Source: an uncultured Bacteroidaceae bacterium (lineage in GTDB: Bacteria > Bacteroidota > Bacteroidia > Bacteroidales > Bacteroidaceae). From it: DNA of 27,646 bases. Where the stretch lies: positions 1 through 27,646 of the forward strand of contig CAZWPW010000001.1 of NCBI GenBank assembly GCA_964635525.1. Reading direction: 5' to 3'. A model generated the notes under the pieces. The model saw only the letters and a program-made list of their open reading frames with translations, had not been told where the DNA came from and did no database searches. Below are positions 9,070 through 18,045 of the stretch, in pieces (positions within the stretch are counted from its first letter, which is position 1; every line of letters begins with the position of its first letter). The translations under genes and the position numbers were made by a program.

Positions 9070-9825
9070 ATGCCAAGCATGAAACAAATAAAGGCAAAGA
9101 CCGTAGCAGCATCAACAACGGCAGCACTGCACCTGCTGCTGCTCGTTTTCCTCCTGCTCATGACGCTCGATAAGCCCGTGCAGCAACCCGAAGGAGGCCT
9201 CGAAGTGCTTATGCTCGGCAATTTCATGCTTGAAGATGCCGCCGCAGCCCTCATGCCTGACGCCAGCCCCAGCACCCCGCAGGCAGGACAAGAGCAAGCC
9301 ATGATAACGCAAGACGATGAACCCACCGTGGCCATACCAACACAAAGCCAAGCAACACCGCAGCAAACAGCAGAACAGAAACGCGCTGAACACGAAAGGC
9401 AAGTAGCCGACCAAGCCAACAGGCTAATGGACGCAGCCTTCGGCAAGGCACGCGAAATGGCAAACGATGCGGCACAAAACAGTCCTGGAACGCAACAGGG
9501 CAGTCCGCAAGGAACTAACCCCGCCGCCGGCGCAACGAGGCCGGGAGCGGGAAGTGGCTCATTCTCGCTCTCAGGGCGCAGCCTCGGCAGCGGGACACTG
9601 CCAATGCCGGCATACACCGCCAAGGAAGAAGGCATCGTCGTCGTAGATATATGGGTGGCACCGTCGGGCAAAGTCGTCCAAACGGCAATAAACAACCAAA
9701 CAAACACCTACAGCACGGCATTGCGGGAAGCAGCCCTAAAAGCGGCAGCACAAGCACAATTCAACAAAATCGACGCTACAGACCTCCAGAAAGGCACGAT
9801 AACATACGAATTCTACCTGCGCTGA
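9070..9825 (+). CDS. TonB/TolA-family energy transducer
   Basis: Single N-terminal TM helix, Gln/Pro/Ala-rich linker and TonB_C-like C-terminus (EEGIVVVDIWVAPSGKVV...QKGTITYEF); directly follows exbBD. Confidence 0.8.
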   Translation: MPSMKQIKAKTVAASTTAALHLLLLVFLLLMTLDKPVQQPEGGLEVLMLGNFMLEDAAAALMPDASPSTPQAGQEQAMITQDDEPTVAIPTQSQATPQQTAEQKRAEHERQVADQANRLMDAAFGKAREMANDAAQNSPGTQQGSPQGTNPAAGATRPGAGSGSFSLSGRSLGSGTLPMPAYTAKEEGIVVVDIWVAPSGKVVQTAINNQTNTYSTALREAALKAAAQAQFNKIDATDLQKGTITYEFYLR

Positions 9826-9945
9826 CTCCTCAAACCTAACCGCCAAACGCAGGAAAACACCCTATGCAAGGCAACCTTGCAATGCATCCAATACTTGCTT
9901 CCGCACCATGCGCCATATTCTTGTGCGGCATCCAAGTCAGGCTCG

Positions 9946-10103
9946 GGTGGGGAGAAATTCCACCTTGCATAGCATGAAATCTTTATTTTCAGGTTAAAAA
10001 CATATATCTTTACCGTGCGAATACATATTTTCACCTTAAAAATACGTATTTTTAAGGTGAAAATAAAGATTGCATACTACCCAAGGAAACTTTCCATGCC
10101 ACC
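9946..10103. repeat. 158-bp fold-back element with imperfect 46-bp terminal inverted repeats (MITE/REP-like)
   Basis: 9946-9991 aligns without gaps to the reverse complement of 10058-10103 at 33/46 positions by hand count; the inner 14 bp (AATCTTTATTTTCA) match perfectly. Confidence 0.6.
10026..10065. repeat. Perfect 40-bp palindrome inside a degenerate 4 x 21-bp tandem array (9984-10067)
   Basis: TATTTTCACCTTAAAAATAC|GTATTTTTAAGGTGAAAATA, checked base by base, with no spacer. Confidence 0.9.
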
Positions 10104-10263
10104 TGGGGAAACTTTGCTCGCAGTCTGCTGAAACATCTCCTCCCGCCCGGGCTTGGCATACTTCTCCGGCAAACTGGCTTGGCGAGGCTTCGTTTTGAGG
10201 TTTTCAAGTAATCTGGAAAGCCATTCCAATGTTCTTTTTCGTAAGAAAGCATCAAAAAATGTT

Positions 10264-10271
10264 TATATTTG
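10264..10271 (+). promoter_or_regulatory. -7 box for the outer-membrane beta-barrel gene
   Basis: TATATTTG about 80 bp upstream of ATG 10354. It lies inside the track's 5' extension, which argues against the 10153 start. Confidence 0.4.
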
Positions 10272-10353
10272 GCTTGTTGTTGAGGATGTCATGCAAGGTT
10301 GCAGCCTCGCCTTCGGCAGGATGATCAATGCATGGGAAATATGCTTTTATGCA

Positions 10354-10932
10354 ATGAGAAAGATTGTTTTGCTTGTTCTTCTGCTTGCCCCTCTGTCAGT
10401 GATGGCGAAGCATGAGATGTTCCACAAGATGCGCAGCGACACGTCGAGGCGCGGTTCTGACATGAGCGTCAAGACGTTGTACGGCGTTGGCGGGTATCAT
10501 AGCGCATATAATGCGAGCGGATATGTGAATTGGCACTCCGGTTTCGAGATTCTTGCCCGTTGCCGGTTCAACGGGGCTTATTCTTTTGGCGCAGGTTTTA
10601 ATTTGTTGTTTGGAGAGTATAACCATAAGCGGAATGGTTATGCCAGCAGTACGGCTTTTGTGGATTTCAAAGTCAATTTTGCTGAGAAGAAGAACTACAC
10701 GCCTTACGTCTCGTTTGGTTTGGGCTGGGATTGGTTGGGTTATTTTCTTAGGATCGAGCAGCCTCTCCTTGGCGAGGTTTATGAAAAGAATCCCTATTGG
10801 ATTGCGGTGATGCCGGCGTTCGGCCTCGACTTCCCTTTGACCAGCAGCATGGCGTTGTTTGTTGAGGTGCGCGTGCACTACCGCATTACTGACCTCTATG
10901 TTCCAACGTTTGCGGTTGGGTATACATTCTGA
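10354..10932 (+). CDS. Small outer-membrane beta-barrel protein, function unknown
   Basis: Start refined from 10153 to MRKIVLLVLLLAPLSVMA (SPI signal peptide). Alternating Gly/aromatic strands, YTPYVSFGLGW, and C-terminal BAM-type signature FAVGYTF. Confidence 0.75.
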   Translation: MRKIVLLVLLLAPLSVMAKHEMFHKMRSDTSRRGSDMSVKTLYGVGGYHSAYNASGYVNWHSGFEILARCRFNGAYSFGAGFNLLFGEYNHKRNGYASSTAFVDFKVNFAEKKNYTPYVSFGLGWDWLGYFLRIEQPLLGEVYEKNPYWIAVMPAFGLDFPLTSSMALFVEVRVHYRITDLYVPTFAVGYTF

Positions 10933-11022
10933 AGGCAGGCATGAAAATAGCGCATCCGTCAATCTGTCGGCCTTGGCTTCCCGTTGCGCAGCATAGGCAA
11001 GGTCTTTGCCGATGGGCAGTTT

Positions 11023-11634
11023 TCAGCGTATGAAGTTGGTTTTTATCTTTTCCTCGGGTGTAGGGTGTCCTTGCCCATTAGTGATGCATTGCAGCATCCA
11101 TGCCATGTTTTTCCCGAGCAGGCGCATTGTTTGCATTCCTTCGGCATCCTGCAATGCTTCGCCGGGCGTTGCTCCATGCACGCTGTTCCAGTAGTTTGAC
11201 GAGACGATGGGCATGTTGTTTATGGTGAAGTATTTGTTGAGGCGGTCGTATGTCGCGCTTGCTCCTCCCCTGCGGCATATTGCTACCGCTGCTGCGGGCT
11301 TGAATTGCATGAGGTGGGCTGCCGAGTAGAAGAGCCTGTCGAGCAATGCGCACAGTGAGCCGTTGGGTCCTGCATAATAGGTTGGCGACCCTACTACGAT
11401 GCCGTCGGCATCGCGTATCTTTCCAAGCACTGTTTCGTAGAGCTTGTCCTTGAATACGCATCGCTTGAGTTGCCTGCATTTTCCGCATGCGACGCATCCT
11501 TGTACGGGATTTGTTCCTATTCCGATCATTTCGGTTTCTACTCCGCATTCATTCAGTGTCTTGGCAACTACGCCCAGCGCAGTTGCCGTGTTGCCTTCGG
11601 CGCGCGGGCTTCCGTTGATTAGCAATACTTTCAT
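11023..11634 (-). CDS. Flavodoxin-like iron-sulfur flavoprotein / NADPH-dependent FMN reductase family
   Basis: Start refined to MKVLLINGSPR (11634). Contains CVACGKCRQLKRC (CX2CX2CX5C cluster motif), DADGIVVGSPTYY and RRGGASAT. Confidence 0.88.
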   Translation of the reverse strand: MKVLLINGSPRAEGNTATALGVVAKTLNECGVETEMIGIGTNPVQGCVACGKCRQLKRCVFKDKLYETVLGKIRDADGIVVGSPTYYAGPNGSLCALLDRLFYSAAHLMQFKPAAAVAICRRGGASATYDRLNKYFTINNMPIVSSNYWNSVHGATPGEALQDAEGMQTMRLLGKNMAWMLQCITNGQGHPTPEEKIKTNFIR

Positions 11635-11697
11635 AGGTGTGATGGTTATTTTGTTTTGTTTGTGGATGAGGTGCATGATGGTTCAGCAGCCCCGGTT

Positions 11698-12690
11698 TTA
11701 TTTGTGTTTGCGGTAGTCTTCGACAAATGCTTCGGTGATCCAGTTGGCGAGTGCTTGCCTGTTGTTGCTGATTGTGAACCTTTTTTGGTCGTTGACGTTT
11801 TGCAGGTTCCCGAGTTCGAAGTATACCGACGGCACTTGCGTGTGCTTTAGCACGTACAAATCCCTTGTGCTTACCGTTCCCGAGAAACCCCGGTTAGGCT
11901 GGTGCTGGTTGTATTTTTTCTCAAAGGTGGCCTTTATCGTGTTTGCGAGTGGCAGGCTGAGGCTTTTATTTATTTCTTGGTAGTAGAAGAACACGTCCAT
12001 TTGTTTCTTCTTGCTGCGGCTGTCGATGTGTATGAATGCTGCCCGGCAGTAGGAGTAATTCTGTTTGTCGTCTTTGTATAGCGCATTGATTTTGTCGGAT
12101 CGTTGTTTGAGCCTTGCCGTTTGCCCGAGTGGTATTTGTTCTCCCATGCATGTTTCCCGCTTGCTTGTAGAGAGGTATTTCCCATCGCGTATTCCGTCCT
12201 TGGCATCTTGTATTAGGATGTGCACTTTGGCACCTTTCTCCATGAGGTTCCGGGCAAGGCGCAGTGCGATGTCGTAGGCATATTCGTCTTCGTGCAGCTC
12301 GTGCCCTTCTGCCTTGCCTATTGCACCTGGGTCTGGTCCTCCGTGTCCGCTTACGATGTAGAAGCATGCTCCCTGCAGGTCTCGTGATTTGATTTTGACA
12401 TTAGCGAGATCCTTTCCGAAGAGCGGTTCATATATTTCATCCTCGAGCACGGCATCGGCTGGCGGTATCTTGTATGTGACTCCTTTGAGCAGGGTGTTGT
12501 TTTTTCCGAGTTTGCCTTTGTTGAGTTCAAAGAAGGCGGTCTTGTATTGTTTTGGTTGCCTGCCGTGCCTTAACAGGAAGGCATTGACCCCTTCGCCATC
12601 GAGCGGCGTGGCGGTGTTTTGTGCGAGAGCTTCTGGCGCGGTTATTGCCAGTGCGAGCAACAACAGCACGGCGGCAATGTTTTTTTTCAT
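11698..12690 (-). CDS. N-acetylmuramoyl-L-alanine amidase (Amidase_3) with signal peptide and LysM-like N-terminal segment
   Basis: Zn ligands and catalytic residues in SGHGGPDPGA, EDEYAYDIA, FIHIDS and YFELGN. Start refined to MKKNIAAVLLLLALA (12690) because the track start falls inside the -7 box. Confidence 0.88.
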   Translation of the reverse strand: MKKNIAAVLLLLALAITAPEALAQNTATPLDGEGVNAFLLRHGRQPKQYKTAFFELNKGKLGKNNTLLKGVTYKIPPADAVLEDEIYEPLFGKDLANVKIKSRDLQGACFYIVSGHGGPDPGAIGKAEGHELHEDEYAYDIALRLARNLMEKGAKVHILIQDAKDGIRDGKYLSTSKRETCMGEQIPLGQTARLKQRSDKINALYKDDKQNYSYCRAAFIHIDSRSKKKQMDVFFYYQEINKSLSLPLANTIKATFEKKYNQHQPNRGFSGTVSTRDLYVLKHTQVPSVYFELGNLQNVNDQKRFTISNNRQALANWITEAFVEDYRKHK

Positions 12691-12732
12691 TTTTTGTATT
12701 CGAAAGCAATGCTTGTTAAGCATTTTATGCAA

Positions 12733-12764
12733 CAAAGATAATGCATGGGCGTGTTAAAGTCAAA
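12733..12764 (-). promoter_or_regulatory. Canonical Bacteroidota sigma70 promoter for the amidase (and possibly the flavoprotein)
   Basis: Minus strand: TTTG (12764-12761), 20-bp spacer, TATCTTTG (12740-12733). Confidence 0.7.
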
Positions 12765-13014
12765 CTTTCGCATATCTCCGAAAGTGAAAACCATGTTCCT
12801 TTCGAGGTGCTTAGCTGTCCTGATGTTAAAATTAGCAATGAACACGCAAGGTTTATCGCAAAATCAGTTCAAAAAGGTATAAAAACCTAAAGGCAGGCAT
12901 ACATGCAATTGTTTTTTTCCCCTACTTTGCAGAAGATAAATAAATGCGTGCTTTGGTGCGTGTTAAATCCATGTGAAACGTTATTAACTTGTTTTTTTAA
13001 TAAATCCATATACT

Positions 13015-16000
13015 ATGAATATGAATATCTGTTTTGCTAAGTTAGCCAAGCCGGTTGGCGTGTTGCTTTGCACGGCGTTGTTTCCGGTTGCACTGGCTGT
13101 CAATGCCAATGAACTTGTTGGTTCCGGAGATGCGGCATCGCTGCAGCTAGACCAGCAGCAGCGGTTAGTCACGGGAACTGTCACAGATGAAAACGGCGAA
13201 GCGCTAATAGGCGTGAGCGTTGTCGAGCGCGGCACAGGGCACGGTACGATTACTGACTTGGACGGCAACTATTCGTTGCAGGTTGAAGGGACGGAGTCGG
13301 TGCTTGAGTTCACCTACGTAGGCTATACTTCACTCTTGGTGCCAGTAGGCGACCGGCAGTCTGTCGATGTCGTCATGAGCGAGGACAGGCAGAGCCTTGA
13401 CGAGGTGGTGGTCACGGCGTTGGGCATAAAGCGTGAGAAGAAGATGCTCGGTTATGCCGTCCAGGATGTCAAGAGCGATGCTTTGAACGCTACTGGCGAC
13501 CCGTCGTTGACGAGCGCCTTGACGGGAAAAGTTGCCGGTTTGCAGATCAATACCGCCGGGACGGGCTTGTCGGGCTCAACTAAGATTACCCTCCGCGGCA
13601 ACTCGTCGCTCAATGACAACAACCAGCCGCTTTGGGTTGTCGACGGGGTGCCGTTCAGCGACAACAACAGTTCGGGCGCATCGCTCTACAGCGGCATTGA
13701 CCGCGGCGGCTCGTCGATTGACTTGAACCCCGACGACATAGAGTCCATATCAGTCCTCAAAGGTCCTAATGCCGCTGCGCTCTATGGTTCCCGTGCAGGA
13801 AATGGCGTTATACTTGTCACGACGAAGAAGGGAGTGAAGGACAAGGGCTTCGGCATCAACTACTCAAGCAGTTTCACATGGACTGACGTTGCCGAGACGC
13901 TTGACCAGCAGACAACCTACGGCCAAGGCTCGTCTTACGGGACTGACAGTTACGTGGGCGTGTACAACCCGAACTATTTCGAGGCCTTCGGTGCTCCGAT
14001 GGACGGAACTATGGTTGATAGTTGGCTCTCTGGCGGAGGGCAATACGCTTACAAGGATTATGGCGACAAGCTGAAGGATTATTTCAACACCGGCTTTTCC
14101 CAGTCACACAACGTCGCCATAGGCAAGACCAATGACAATTCGCATTTCAGGACTTCGTTAGGCTATTTGGACAGCGAGGGGCTTTTCAATGGCGAAACCC
14201 TTAACAGAATCAACGTCGACCTCAAAGGGGGGATGCAAATGAACAAGTACCTGAGCATGGATGCCAAGGTGTCGCTTAGCCGTACTAAAGCAGAGAACCG
14301 CCCGCAGTTCGGAAAGGCCGGCGAGGTATACCAGTTGTTGTACATACCCCGCAGCGTGCCGTTGAGCTTGCTACAAACCTACCGCAGCGATGACGAAAGG
14401 CATATATATTATGTCTCTCCGCAGCCGCAGAGGTTGAACCCCTACTATGTCAACTACCAGTACACGAACATGGATGAGCGTTGGCGCGCTTTCGGTTATT
14501 ACTCGTTGAGGCTCGATTTCACTCCTTGGCTGTATGCAACAGGAAAGTACACATTCGACTACTACCACACTGGCATAGAAGAGATGAACCGTACCAACGG
14601 CATTGACGATGAGACCAAGAACTCATACACTACCATAGAGCAGGACTACTACGAGCATAACATTGAGGGAATCATATTCGGCAACAACACCTTTGCCGAT
14701 AAGTACCGCATAGGATACTCATTGGGCGGGAACATCATGTACCAGACCACGAGCGAGTTGACAGGTTATTCAGAGAACATGGCAATCACTGATGTGTGGT
14801 ACCACAATTCAGCCCTTGGCGTCAACACTGCCGAGCAGGCATCAACCGAGAGGATGACCCGTTCGGTTTTCGCAACCTTCCAATTTGCGTACGACGAGTG
14901 GATTTCATTGGATTTGACGGCGCGCAACGACTGGTCGTCGACTTTGCCTCCGCAGAACAATTCCTATTTCTATCCGTCGGCTAACCTGAGCTGGATATTC
15001 ACCGACATGTTCAAGTCTTTTGCCATCGATGTTCCGAGGTGGCTCACATTCGGCAAGATCAGGGTTTCGTCGGCACAGGTAGGTAAGGACACAGACCCAT
15101 ACGTCTTGTACAATTACCGCACGTACACGCAAAGCACGAGCGGCCCTGTGGTTTCATACCCGAGGATAAAAGCCAATTCCGACTTGAAGCCAGAGATTTC
15201 CTCGTCCCATGAGGTAGGTCTTGACATGAGGTTCCTCGACAACCGCCTCGGCTTCGACTTCACCTATTACTATAGCATGACGAAGAACCAGATAATGACA
15301 ATCCCCATGTCGGGCGAGTTTGAGTGGCAGTACATCAATGCCGGCAAGATACTCAACGAGGGTGTCGAGGTGATGCTATACAGTACCCCGGTGAGAACCA
15401 AGGATTTTGAGTTCAACCTTGACGTGAGCTTGGCGCACAATGTCACGACTGTCAAGGAATTGCACGACAACGCCAAATACATCAGCTTCAACTACCGCAG
15501 CGACAACATGCTTGTTGATGTAGGTGCAGAGGAGGGCGGCAAGTTAGGCAATATATATGCCAACACGTATTACAGGCGTGACGAGAACGGCAACATAATA
15601 CTTCGCGACGGCTTGCCCTTGCTTGAGACGGCCAGCAGCTCGGAACGCAAGTGCATAGGCAACATACAGCCCAAGTTGCTCATGTCGATATCTCCCACGT
15701 TCACCTACAAGGGGTTCACCTTGTCTATGATGTTTGACATGCGCTTCGGAGGCGAGATAGTATCATTCTCCGAGGCCATTGCCACCGCCAACGGAACGGC
15801 CAAGCGCACCGAGTACCGCCCCGCTGAAGGCATAATCATCGCGGGTGTCAACGAGGACGGCACGCCTAACACCACGGCAATCAACCCCGAGGACTACTAC
15901 CGCTCCATCGGCGGCGATAATGCCCCGGCAGAGGAATATGTTTACAGTGCCTCATACATCAAGTTCAAGGAGTTGGCTTTCGGCTATTCCTTCCCCAAGA

Positions 16001-16194
16001 AATGGCTGAGCAAGATACATGTCTCATCGCTCCGCCTCTCGTTCGTGGCGCGCAACCTATGTTACCTGATGAAGCACACGCCAGGAACGAGCCCCGAAGG
16101 AGGGTTTGACACGACGATGTACTCGCAAGCATTGGACTACACGGCAGTGCCGTACACGCGTACCCTTGGTTTCTCAATCAATATTGGCATATAA
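13015..16194 (+). CDS. susC: SusC/RagA-family TonB-dependent outer-membrane transporter
   Basis: CarboxypepD_reg-like N-terminal extension (VTGTVTDENGEALIGVSV), TonB-box region LDEVVVTALGIKR, plug motifs (QPLWVVDGVP, DIESISVLKGPNAAALYGSRAGNGVILVTTKKG) and terminal barrel strand RTLGFSINIGI. Confidence 0.96.
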   Translation: MNMNICFAKLAKPVGVLLCTALFPVALAVNANELVGSGDAASLQLDQQQRLVTGTVTDENGEALIGVSVVERGTGHGTITDLDGNYSLQVEGTESVLEFTYVGYTSLLVPVGDRQSVDVVMSEDRQSLDEVVVTALGIKREKKMLGYAVQDVKSDALNATGDPSLTSALTGKVAGLQINTAGTGLSGSTKITLRGNSSLNDNNQPLWVVDGVPFSDNNSSGASLYSGIDRGGSSIDLNPDDIESISVLKGPNAAALYGSRAGNGVILVTTKKGVKDKGFGINYSSSFTWTDVAETLDQQTTYGQGSSYGTDSYVGVYNPNYFEAFGAPMDGTMVDSWLSGGGQYAYKDYGDKLKDYFNTGFSQSHNVAIGKTNDNSHFRTSLGYLDSEGLFNGETLNRINVDLKGGMQMNKYLSMDAKVSLSRTKAENRPQFGKAGEVYQLLYIPRSVPLSLLQTYRSDDERHIYYVSPQPQRLNPYYVNYQYTNMDERWRAFGYYSLRLDFTPWLYATGKYTFDYYHTGIEEMNRTNGIDDETKNSYTTIEQDYYEHNIEGIIFGNNTFADKYRIGYSLGGNIMYQTTSELTGYSENMAITDVWYHNSALGVNTAEQASTERMTRSVFATFQFAYDEWISLDLTARNDWSSTLPPQNNSYFYPSANLSWIFTDMFKSFAIDVPRWLTFGKIRVSSAQVGKDTDPYVLYNYRTYTQSTSGPVVSYPRIKANSDLKPEISSSHEVGLDMRFLDNRLGFDFTYYYSMTKNQIMTIPMSGEFEWQYINAGKILNEGVEVMLYSTPVRTKDFEFNLDVSLAHNVTTVKELHDNAKYISFNYRSDNMLVDVGAEEGGKLGNIYANTYYRRDENGNIILRDGLPLLETASSSERKCIGNIQPKLLMSISPTFTYKGFTLSMMFDMRFGGEIVSFSEAIATANGTAKRTEYRPAEGIIIAGVNEDGTPNTTAINPEDYYRSIGGDNAPAEEYVYSASYIKFKELAFGYSFPKKWLSKIHVSSLRLSFVARNLCYLMKHTPGTSPEGGFDTTMYSQALDYTAVPYTRTLGFSINIGI

Positions 16195-16221
16195 TATGTT
16201 ACAACAATCAAAGGAAAAGAT

Positions 16222-18012
16222 ATGAAAAGCAATAATATAAAAATCCTGCGTTTACTTGCGCCGGCATTCTTGGCCTCGGTGTTCATGTTTTCGTGTACTG
16301 ACGGTTTCATGGAAATCAACACATACCCCTATTCAGACCCAATCTATTCAAACGGCGATACCGGCACAACGACCATTAACACTGATGACATCGACATGCC
16401 CGATTCCATTTCAGAGGAGTACCTGGCAACGTTAATCAACAGCGTGTCGTTGATAGGGCAGGAGTTCAAGACGTTCACCTACGAAGGGTTGGTCAACGAC
16501 TACCAGCGCACGACGAACTTGACGCATGACATCTATGCTGGGTATTTTGCCAACAACAACGTTTCTTTCATTAACAACTCTCCCAACTATGTATACACCG
16601 ACGACTGGTCGGGCCGCCGTTGGGACCATTTCTACAAGGACCGCTCGCAGGAGTACCGTACGCTTGTCAACACTTTCTGGTTCGTTGACCGCGAGGCTTA
16701 CCGCAACGCTTTCTACATGACGCGCATCTGGTATGCTTTCCTTGCCTCGACGATGACCGACACGTATGGCGATATCCCTTTTGCCGTTTACGTCCAAGGA
16801 CAGGAAGCACCATCGGAGTGTCCTTATAACACGCAAGAAGAAGTATATGACATGGTGTTCAGGATGCTTACGCAGGCGGCCGACAGCATTACGCCGGGCG
16901 CATGCTCGTTCCAGTTCGCCGACCGTGAGGACAAATGCTTCAACGGCGATGAGGAAAAGTGGATAAGGTTCGCCAACTCGTTGCGCTTGAGGTTGGCCAT
17001 GCGCATCTCCAACGTCGACCCGAGCCGGGCAGAGCAAGAAGCCAAGGCAGCCCTTGAGCATCCGGGCGGACTGATGCAATCGCAGGACGACAACGTTGAA
17101 ACAGTTCCTGACTATGCTCCTATTGAATTGGGAGGAGAGGACTCATCAGGTTCAGAGAACGAAGTGGCCAACTGCGGCTTCCGCTATACCGACGTGGTCA
17201 TGTCGCTCGATATGGAAGAGGCATACAAGAACCTTATCGACAAAGACGCCGCTTTAGTATATATCGGCGATACCATCGACCCGCGCTGCACAATATGCTG
17301 GTACAGGCCCACGCCGAAAGCATACCTTGAAGCAGGGCGGGAGCTGTCGACAACGCAATACAAAGGCTGCGCCATAGGCGACAACACTGTCAGCAGCATG
17401 ACAGATGTCTATTCGCCTCTGAAAGTCGACCACAACAACGGGAAAGTCCTTTCCGACACGCATTGGTTCAGCTATTCGCGCTCCTATATCTGGTTTGGAT
17501 ACGCCGAGCTGAAATTCCTGCTCGCCGAGGCAACATTGCGCGGCTGGACAGATGCCTACGGCACGGTAGAGGAACTCTTCCAAGACGGGATTTACGAGTC
17601 GTTCAACTACTACAACATGCCAGAGAACGCCCAAGGATACATCAACAGCTTGAAGATATACAACAGTGAGGACAATCCATTCGAAGGCTCCGACCGCGAG
17701 GCGCAGCTGGAGCAAATCATCACGCAAAAGTGGCTGGCGATATTCCCCAACGGCAACGAGGGGTGGGCAGAGTTCCGGCGCACCGATTATCCCCGCTTGA
17801 ACAACCATCTGAGCAACAGGGATGCGAATATACCCCAAGGCAAATTCATAAAGAGGGTAGGTTACGCATTGGATGAATACTATTACAACTCCTCCAATGT
17901 CCCGCAAGATGTGAACCAAGGCACAAGGCTCTGGTGGGACGTGCAGGACACTAACGATGACAATGGCGAGCGCAATACGCCAAACAACTTCAGGACATCG
18001 TTGACAGAATGA
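16222..18012 (+). CDS. susD: SusD/RagB-family glycan-binding lipoprotein
   Basis: Lipobox VFMFS-C, TDTYGDIPF, KWIRFANSLRLRLAMRIS, LLAEATLRGW, QIITQKWLAIFPNGNEGWAEFRRTDYP; immediately downstream of susC. Confidence 0.93.
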   Translation: MKSNNIKILRLLAPAFLASVFMFSCTDGFMEINTYPYSDPIYSNGDTGTTTINTDDIDMPDSISEEYLATLINSVSLIGQEFKTFTYEGLVNDYQRTTNLTHDIYAGYFANNNVSFINNSPNYVYTDDWSGRRWDHFYKDRSQEYRTLVNTFWFVDREAYRNAFYMTRIWYAFLASTMTDTYGDIPFAVYVQGQEAPSECPYNTQEEVYDMVFRMLTQAADSITPGACSFQFADREDKCFNGDEEKWIRFANSLRLRLAMRISNVDPSRAEQEAKAALEHPGGLMQSQDDNVETVPDYAPIELGGEDSSGSENEVANCGFRYTDVVMSLDMEEAYKNLIDKDAALVYIGDTIDPRCTICWYRPTPKAYLEAGRELSTTQYKGCAIGDNTVSSMTDVYSPLKVDHNNGKVLSDTHWFSYSRSYIWFGYAELKFLLAEATLRGWTDAYGTVEELFQDGIYESFNYYNMPENAQGYINSLKIYNSEDNPFEGSDREAQLEQIITQKWLAIFPNGNEGWAEFRRTDYPRLNNHLSNRDANIPQGKFIKRVGYALDEYYYNSSNVPQDVNQGTRLWWDVQDTNDDNGERNTPNNFRTSLTE

Positions 18013-18045
18013 CATAACCATGAAACATAACTAAATTTCAAAGAG

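Noticed and set aside
9060-9707. 215-aa minus-strand ORF
   Set aside because: It is the antisense shadow of the low-complexity TonB linker.
7935-9825. exbB-exbD-tonB as a dedicated energiser of the susC locus
   Set aside because: The nadK/pdxJ-exbB-exbD-tonB arrangement is a housekeeping cluster in Bacteroidales and is separated from susC by three unrelated genes, so proximity alone is not evidence.
10153-10353. N-terminal extension of the OMP ORF as given in the track
   Set aside because: It is not protein-like and contains a -7 promoter box; a clean signal peptide starts at ATG 10354.
10942-11025. Imperfect inverted repeat (12/15) between the convergent OMP and flavoprotein genes
   Set aside because: It is too degenerate and widely spaced to call as a terminator or element without computation.
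17254-18021. 255-aa antisense ORF (also 16432-17079, 215 aa)
   Set aside because: Both are antisense to a well-supported SusD and show no protein-like motifs.
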